This document shows positions 55,834 through 64,000 of a stretch of 64,000 nt of DNA, piece after piece. Below the pieces are notes generated by a model that saw only the letters and a program-made list of their open reading frames with translations, was not told the DNA's origin and made no database searches. A program made the position numbers and the translations under genes. Source of the DNA: Podarcis liolepis (taxonomy: Eukaryota); NCBI GenBank assembly GCA_965112155.1, contig OZ218101.1. One strand, given 5' to 3'. Position 1 is the stretch's first letter, and each line of letters starts with the position of its first letter.

Positions 55834-58799
55834 GTTGGAGTGCCATTTCAGAGCAATGCATTTTGTCTCAAAGACATCTAGCCATGTGACACTGACACAA
55901 AAGCTTACACTATGCAAAAGAATGAAAGATCATTACCCCCATGGGGGCTGGGGGGCAGCTGCCCCCCTAAAACAAGTCAATATTTAAAAATACTCACATC
56001 ACAGAACCCAAAGCAATGTCGTCGGTGTTTTTATACATCTACTTTATCCCCAGGACCCTTCCTTCTCATACAGGCTCATGGGTGGTTAAAAAGTTCAACA
56101 TATCTTGTCTCACGTAAGAAAAAAGCAATATAAGCAGATACAATTCACATATACATTTGACACATCAAAGATCTGCTGCACACGGACAGAAGGTTGATAT
56201 TAAACCAAAGCACAGATTTGCAGTTGTGGGGTATTCCCCTAGTAGTGCCCTAAACATAAAGTTTCATTCCCACGCTGCTAACAGTGCATCTGGCTTGTAC
56301 TTGCTTTGGGGCTGTGACTGTGGATGTCAACCTGTTTAGTGTTGTCATTTAAAGATGTAATACAAGGCTTTAGAACTGCTTGCCAAGCGAGGCTTGGCTA
56401 GCACTATCTTTGATGACCTTCTGCTGGCCGACAAAGAGATTTTTATTTAAACAAGCCTTTCGCCCATAAACTGACACAGGTAATTTTGTGTGAGTTAGTT
56501 TGGTTTTAAATGATTATTTGTTTGATTGTATTGATGATTAGCTGCTTTGTTTCTTTTGTTTTGAATTATATTGTGGTTTTATTTTATTTGCATCCTTGCC
56601 AATAGGTTAATGAGTGCTATTTGGTGGAAAGTGGGGATACAATGTAAGCAAATAATGATGATGATGATGATATATGTCTATCGATATTAATGCTGTGTGT
56701 TAGTCACAGTATAGCCACTATACTATATACTCTTGAGCACAGTGCTTTGCAAGTCATGACAGCTGATCAGTGGTGTCTGTAAACCTGCTTTGGCCCAATC
56801 ACATCTGATCTGCCATGCTGCCACTCACCTGATGCTATATATGACCTGAGTTGAAGGGCAGATGGCTTGGCCAGAGTAGTCTTTTGAGCAAAATGGGGAG
56901 GCTTCATTAGGCCCACAGTCTGGATATCTCCAACCCTGAGTGCGGTGAATCATGCTGGATACTTCTTTACAGCGATCTTTATTTTTCCTCTAAACTAAGT
57001 GACTTTTTGAATCTTCCTCTCCCCTAGCTTGCTTTGAGCAATAATGCAATTATATCCACAGGAGTCCTACTAAAATACAGAAGACTCACTACCTGTACAG
57101 TGGCAACCATACACAGTGGGTAATTTGATGGGGCCAAGGTCACACAAAGGGCCTTTCAGGGTCACAGTCTGTGGATTTACTGTTGTGTAGATTTTTAAGC
57201 TATATGCACATTACTAGCTTAAAACACAGCCAGGTCATTCTTTTGCTCAATTTGGATCAAAGATGGTTTGTGGGGGGAATGCATCGAAACACAGTATTTC
57301 ACAAGAAACAACAGGGCAGATGCAGGATAGATATGGATGGTGGCTAATGTTGTGCGTACACAACTTTCCAAATTGGCTGTGGGAATGCCCTGGACGATGA
57401 GTAATTGGGAGCATGTACACAGCCTTAGTTGCACTCAGCTATGTATGCCATTGTGGAATTCTTTGCTGTGTCGATAAAATTCAGCTTGCAAGATAATTTT
57501 CAAATGGCCAGTATGACTAGTTTGTAAAAGCCACCCTTTACTTGAGAAGCTGTAGGGAGCAGAGACGAGAAATATTCTCCTGGCATGCTGCTTTGCCACA
57601 TGAAGACTGGGTGCTCACTCACTCAAGACATGTAACATTTTTTTTGTATTTGTTGGAGACTATTAAAGCCAGAGGCCAGAAAATGCTAGTTGTTAAATAA
57701 AGGGAACCTTTACCATGGACTAATCAGTTTATTTGCATTTCTATATGGAGTGTGATACCCATGTAGTCACGCCAGAACAGTTGTCAGCATTGATGAATTA
57801 ATTCAAAAGTATGACTTAAAACACCCCAGCACCAGCTTATGTGCAAATAGCATACATATTCAGTGCTACATTCTCAGGCCAAAATCCATCAATTGATTCT
57901 AGTTTTATATTTCAGCACTGAAATCAAACTCATACTATTTTGCTTGGGCCAAACTTGATTGTTTCGGTTAGGCCTGGTGCGTGATGAATATTCTGAAAGC
58001 ATTACAAAATGGGACATTAATAATAATTATCATGAGCAAACATTAGCCCCAGCTTGTTCAGGACGCAATGCTACACACACACATTTTAGCAGGAGTAGAT
58101 AGTTTAAAAGGTGAAAACCTTTCTTGGGAGAAGGGGAGGCAATATATTAATCACAGGGAGGAAATTTCTAGGCTGAAGAAATAGGAAAAACCTACTTTGA
58201 AAAAGCACACACTGGAGTATTTTTGTTCCATTTGTCTGAAAACCTTTGAACACTTTGAAAGTCAATGTAAGTATTCTTCTAAGTGCTGTTCAGTGACTTA
58301 AGCAAGCTTTTTTATTTTTGTTTCTTTTACTCTTACCTTGAATGCACACTGTGAGTAATCTAGTGGGAATGAATAATAGATCTTTAAGGAATACAGAAGT
58401 TTTAATACAAACTTTTTCTTTCTCAATTTATGGCCGTCATGAGGCTTTATACAATGGTTGTCATAGGAACTCTGGAAGTCATTTAAATAAAGGCAAACTT
58501 CATGACTTCTTTATTCATGATTTAGAAATGATGGATTTAAACTGTTGTTGATACATGACCATAGCTTGATTTGCCATGTTTTCAAGAGCATTAATAAAGA
58601 ATTAAATGCATGTCAGCCTTGGAACACCCTCTTAGAGGTTGCCCTAACATCCTGATTAAATGTTTTCAGTGTCTGTATCCAAAGCACGTTGTAAAACACC
58701 TTACAAAATCTGGGGTGTGTCACGTCTGATATTTTTATTTTGTGTCGCCTAGCTAATGCCCCCTGACGCTATCCTCTGCTGTATGTTTGTAATTTACTA

Positions 58800-59955
58800 G
58801 AAGTGGATCAGGGAAATTATGTATAGCCTTGGGTCAATGGGGGTGGGTAGATGGGATGGGAGTGAGGTTGCCATTCCTATGATAGTAGGTAGAGGGTGAT
58901 ATGGAGGAGGGAGAAGGTATAGAGGGGAGGGAGAAGGGCTAGTTGTATCAAAGCCCTTGCCCCCTCTGCTTTGCCTGCTATATTTCAGAATCTGGGGGTG
59001 CCATACAGCTGCCCTGTGGCCTGTTTTTGTTGATAAATGCCAGAGGAACAGATTGGGATATTGTTAATGTACTCTTCACACTGTTGTGCTACAACCTCCC
59101 TAACCAAACTTGCAGGGGTAATTTTGGATGCTTTGTTGGACAGCCATTTCCTGGTGGTGTTGCAGGACTTCAATATCCATGCTGAGGCTGCCTCAAACAG
59201 GCCAGCTTGGTGGTTCATGGTCTCTATGGGCAACCATGGGGCTGTTTCAGTATATCAGTGGTTCAACACACGTGGCAGGGCAGTCCCTAGACCTGGTCTT
59301 TGCAACAGGGTGGATTGGTAGTACTCCATCGACGTGTGTGTTTGGGGCTTGCTGCGAGTCCATTGGTGAGGTTTGGGCTGAATGTAGTTACTCCATTTGG
59401 GGGTGGGGGACTCGTTGAGATGGTCTGCCCTCAGAGATTGATAGACTCTGATGGATTCCTGAATGCTCTGGGGAATTTGCTGGCTGACATGGTTGGTGCT
59501 CATATTGAGGGCCTTGTCTCATTGAGGAAAGGGGAAATGCTCAGAGCCATTGACACAACACTTCCTGAATGCCTTCACTGTTGCTGTGGAGTATATAGGT
59601 CACATTGGTATTCCAGTGGCCTGTGTGTGATGAAACACAGTGGGGAGATGGTGTAATTCTCAGTCTGAATGTGGTAGCGGTGGCAGAGAAAACTTATTTC
59701 ACCACCACCGTGTCTGCAAGTAGCTGTCAAGTACAGCTTTCCCAAGTGGCCTGATAACTTGGTGAGGCACTTTAGGGACAAAATCACTCAGCTTCAGAGT
59801 TGGCTGCTACAAGTTAGAGCAAGTCCAGTGTGTCCGGAGTACTGTCTGTTCCATCTGTACTGGATTTGTCTCAGTTATTAGAGCCTGAGGATTTCGGACA
59901 AGTTGCTTGAAGAAGTACAGTTGACCACCAATCCCTTGACCCTTGCTTCTTATCT
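58800..59955 (+). mobile_element. Degenerate L2-type LINE, AP-endonuclease region
   Basis: ORFs 59037 and 59128: IGILLMY...LVVLQDFNIHAE and GSTHVAGQSLDLVF resemble APE motifs GDFNIH and PTH..GHTLDLVF. Confidence 0.75.
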
Positions 59956-60889
59956 GACTGGGCTCAGGTCCAGTTGCCAGCATCTCCAGGTAGGGCTGGA
60001 AGAGACACTTTCCTGAAAGGGGAAGCTGCTGCCTGTCAGTGTCAACAATTGGGGCTGGATGGGCCAATAGTCTGAATAAGGTATTCTCAGTGTTCCTATG
60101 GGATTGAAATGGAAACTTTTCTTTTCTTCTTTCCCAGTTTCTTGCATTTTCTTAAAATTGTACAAATATGTGATCCTATTAATAAATCATACAAAAATAC
60201 AAATGGTACACATTCATTCATAGTAGCATAGTAGTAGCCTGGGTACAAAGAATGTAAATAAAATCTCCCCCCCCCCTCACGTACCCTGAGTCCTGTCTAG
60301 GCCATTTATGATTCAACAATTCAAAAAGAAAAAGAGAGAGAGAGAATTGTATGCAGTCATTTAATAAATTTTAAAAAACACACAGCTTCCTAAGGGAGCA
60401 CATTTTAGCTCTTGATCTAGAACAGCCTCACGTAAACAATGGTTCCATGGTGTTTACTGCATGCTATTATCTGTCTAAATACTGGGATTACTGTTTCCTT
60501 TTGTGTGGCAACTGGCTGGTGGTTCTCACTAATAGCCATTATTAGTAGCGGTGACACGTTAATTGAACTTTTCTGCTCCCATGTGTGTGGCACACTTCAA
60601 GGTCACACAGTGCACCGGAGTTTCATGTGTATTCAATTACTGTAGCATTATGAAAGAATGTAACCTGTCATACATTAAAAAATATCACTTGCTACTCTGC
60701 ATGGGATAGATGGTAACCTAAACCAATCAGCTTCTCTGACATAGTTGGTCTGTCTCTTGGATGCTGTAAAAAATTAAGGGAAGAAAGAGGATAAAAGAGT
60801 CAAATATTCTTCCACAAAACAGGGACTAACAAGAATGATCTTCCATAGATATTTTGTGTTCTCCATTCCATGTGTAAAAATAGTAATCG

Positions 60890-61152
60890 CTTGCATCCAC
60901 CATAAGGCCTATACATTTAAACCAGCACCATACTGCTTTAAATAGTCGTGGCTTCCCCAAAAGCATCCTGGGAAATGCAGCTTGTTAAGAGAGCCCTTTC
61001 CCCCTCACAGAGCTACAATTCCTAGAGTTCTCTAGGAAGAGGAATTGATAATTAAAGTACTCTGAGAATTTTATCTTTGTGAAGGGAATAGTGGCCTTGA
61101 CAGTTTAAAGCGGTATGGTGCCTCTTTAAAATATAACAGTGCAGATGGGGCC
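60890..61152. mobile_element. Palindromic MITE family (related copies ~25800-26225, ~35325-35465, ~53090-53240)
   Basis: Inverted blocks CACCATACTGCTTTAAA / TTTAAAGCGGTATGGTG and shared core CCTGGGAA.TG.AG. Confidence 0.55.
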
Positions 61153-61309
61153 ATAATCATTAGGTAGAAGGGATTCCTGTTGAAATCAGTATGATTTCTA
61201 AGCAATGAGTTTATCATGCCAGGAACATGCCAGGCAGTGTTGGACAGCATGGCAAATGTTCTCGAATAGCATCCATAACTTCTATAATCCATCTACTTTC
61301 TATAATTAT

Positions 61310-61490
61310 GTTGTTGTTGTTGTTTAGTCGTTTAGTCGTGTCTGACTCTTCATGACCCCATGGAATAGAGCACGCCAGGCACTTCTGTCTTCCACTGCCT
61401 CCTGCAGTTTAGTCAAACTGATGCCGGTAGCTTCGAGAACACTATCCAACCATCTCGTCCTCTGTCGTCCCCTTCTCCTTGTGCCCTCCA
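61310..61490 (-). mobile_element. BovB (RTE) LINE 3' fragment
   Basis: (CAA)n tail; GTCGTGTCTGACTCTTCATGACCCCATGG...CCAACCATCTCGTCCTCTGTCGTCCCCTTCTCCT; TSD TCTATAATTAT / TCTATAGTTAT (1 mismatch). Confidence 0.85.
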
Positions 61491-63300
61491 TCTATAGTTA
61501 TAGCTCAACCTAAAAAATGCCCCTACTGTGGAATGGGCTGCACTTGATAGTTCAATAAAAAGTTAGTACTGGGAGATCCAGCAGTTTATTGCTCTTCCCC
61601 CTGGGCTGCTTGTCAGAGATGTTGTTTTTGGGAATGGAGTGTAATTCCTAGATAGAAATGGCTGAGCAGAGTGTCCTATTCAAAATCAAGACAGCCCTTA
61701 ATCTCTTATGGAGTGCAGGGAGATATATTTTTCAGACTAGTGCTAGGAATGTCCCCATCTGAAACCCTGGAGAGCTGCTGGCAGTCAGTAGACAATATGG
61801 AACTATGTGGTTTAAAGCTGATTCCTTTGTTCCTATATATAACAGTTTAGAATTAGCGACAGTGTGAGAATCAACATTCAATGCAAGTGAAATTCAAGTT
61901 GGGAACCATGCCTGTATTATTTAAGAACTCCAACTGAACAAAGAATTTGCTCAGATGAGGTCCAAATATGTATAAATTGTCCATCATCACATACGAGGTT
62001 TAAGGCAGGGGCATATATCTGTTTTCCCCAATATATTCTATAACATCTTAGGATGGGGATAAAATTGATTCAGTTCATATTTAAAGATGAACCTACCTAA
62101 TTTGCACTTCCTGTAACAATATGGAATTCTGCAGCCATGTAATGTGTATAGAAATGCATAGTGTGCCTAAAAAGTATATATTAGTGGGAATAACATAGAA
62201 AAATGTATTATATTGGGGAAATTTCTTTTAAAAACGTGTACAACAGGCAGAACTACATATAAATATGTGTATATTAGGAGAAATTTGCACTAAAATGCTG
62301 AATTCCCATGAATTCCCACTTTTAAAAAAAGTAAATTGATGTGGGAATGTGGAGAACTGAACTTCTGAAAAACGAGAAACTAAGAGAACCCAAAAATTAC
62401 AGATTCACTCTTCCCTAGCCTTTAATAATTTAATAATGCACTGTGGACAATTAAACATGCCAAATTGGGTATCAAAGAGGGCATTGAAGCCTAAATCAAA
62501 TATTTGGAATCAAATGTAGCATTTTCATGGTTGCTTCTTAGGAATGTGAATGCCTTTAAAAAAAAAGTCTATTGCTCCTTTTAATGTCATAAATATATAC
62601 ACAGCATCAGATCATGAATATAATTACATCATATAATGTTTGACAGAATCAGAGTTATTGCCTGCGTCTGAACTCAGTGTTGTCTCTATGTCTGATTTCC
62701 ATAGTAAGTTCAAAATGTGTATCATGACCTTCTGAGATATATGCTAAATATATATACGATGCAGTTTATTTTTACATTCTGTACACAAAGACATACTGTT
62801 TTAATAGTCATTCAAAGCCGTCATTTGAAAGATCCATTATGTCTACGCTGTGAATAAGAATTAAGATTAATAATACAGAGAACGGAGTTAGACTTCAATG
62901 GGCTCTTTGACAAGACAGACTAAAGGCACTTTGACATTACAGTGTTTATTTCTCTTAGATGGTCAGTTATCACTAGATAGCGTGAATGATTATGGGGGGC
63001 AATCCTATGGCAAGATTTGCCTGGGTGAGCATTTTAGGATGCTGCAGATCTCTGAATGAATGAACAAGCTTGGTTCAGCTGGGCTCAGCCTGTCTTAAGA
63101 CCCCAACCCTGGCTTGGCTGAAGATATGTCAGTCAGGACTCAGTCAGGTGAGCTGCAGCTCGCTAAGCTGAAGTCAGGATAAGTTCCCCAAAAGAGGTAT
63201 TTTGGGAGTGTGGTTCGGAAGGACTGGGCAGAGGGGACAATCCTAACTCTGTTCAGCTCATTCACATGGCCTGGGGAAAAGAGCAGTGTACGTTTTAAAG

Positions 63301-63436
63301 CAGGCACCCCCAAACTCGGCTCTCCAGATGTTTTGGGACTACAATTCCTATAATCCCTGACCCCTGGTCCTGTTAACTAGGGATGATGGGAGTTGTAGTC
63401 CCAAAACATCTGGAGGACTGTGTTTGGGGATGCCTG
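63301..63436. mobile_element. Palindromic hAT-type MITE (136 bp)
   Basis: Near full-length hairpin; TIRs CAGGCACCCCCAAAC / GTTTGGGGATGCCTG; perfect 8-bp TSD TTTTAAAG. Confidence 0.9.
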
Positions 63437-64000
63437 TTTTAAAGGCTTGTTTCCCTCTGATAGGCTTGGGCCTTGCTCCTGAATGGGGCTTGGATCTGGT
63501 ACAACTTTATGCTGGCTTGTTTTACGCTACCTTCTTGTGTATAGGATTGTTCTCTAAATGTATACTTGGTAGGAGCCGTACTTGGCAACACATGCTCCTT
63601 TGAGCTATACTGCAGCCCGATACTTTAAAGCACATGATAGCTGTTCAAAGGCAGCTCTTCAGACATGTTGCTGTTTGGGTTATAAGTCAGAAGTGAACCA
63701 TAGACATTGTGGGAGCCACTCCAGCTCTTCAGAAACCTTGAATGGCCCCAATTAACTTTATGGATTGTCTTCTTTCTTATCTCTACACTTTCCTGTTGCT
63801 GTATCACTTTCGTTTCCCACCTGCACACCAGTTTATACAATTTTGTGCAACAGATCAGCCACATCTACAGTTCACAGACTCTATTCCTTAGTCTGCCCCT
63901 GCCTGTTCCCAGTATACTATCATGACCTTGCCCTTTCTTGCTTATGCCACTGTGCCTGTATCTCTTCCTGTTTCCTCCTGTACACCTAGCTAACCTGTCT

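Overview
Vertebrate (squamate reptile, probably lacertid lizard, judged from Sauria SINE, Squam3-like SINE, BovB and CR1 content) genomic window containing the 5' two-thirds of SIM2 (single-minded 2, bHLH-PAS transcription factor) on the minus strand: coding exons 1-7 at 43109-42935, 23960-23878, 20142-20053, 16494-16386, 9565-9480, 6696-6497 and 1314-1208, all with GT-AG introns (850 nt, frame continuous). The gene continues past the left edge. A CpG-rich domain of about 30 kb (~23.6-53.8 kb) covers exon 2, intron 1, the promoter and upstream DNA, and contains several motif-dense candidate regulatory elements. The rest is transposon debris: Tc1/mariner(Tigger)-type, hAT and Harbinger-type MITEs, L1, L2, CR1 and BovB fragments, SINEs, and a decayed Harbinger transposase. 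The most unusual object is in SIM2 intron 2: a TSD-flanked insertion made of a perfect 96-bp inverted repeat, each arm carrying a minimal Penelope-type hammerhead ribozyme core, so the motif is present on both strands. No prokaryotic features, CRISPR arrays or bona fide tRNA/rRNA genes were found.
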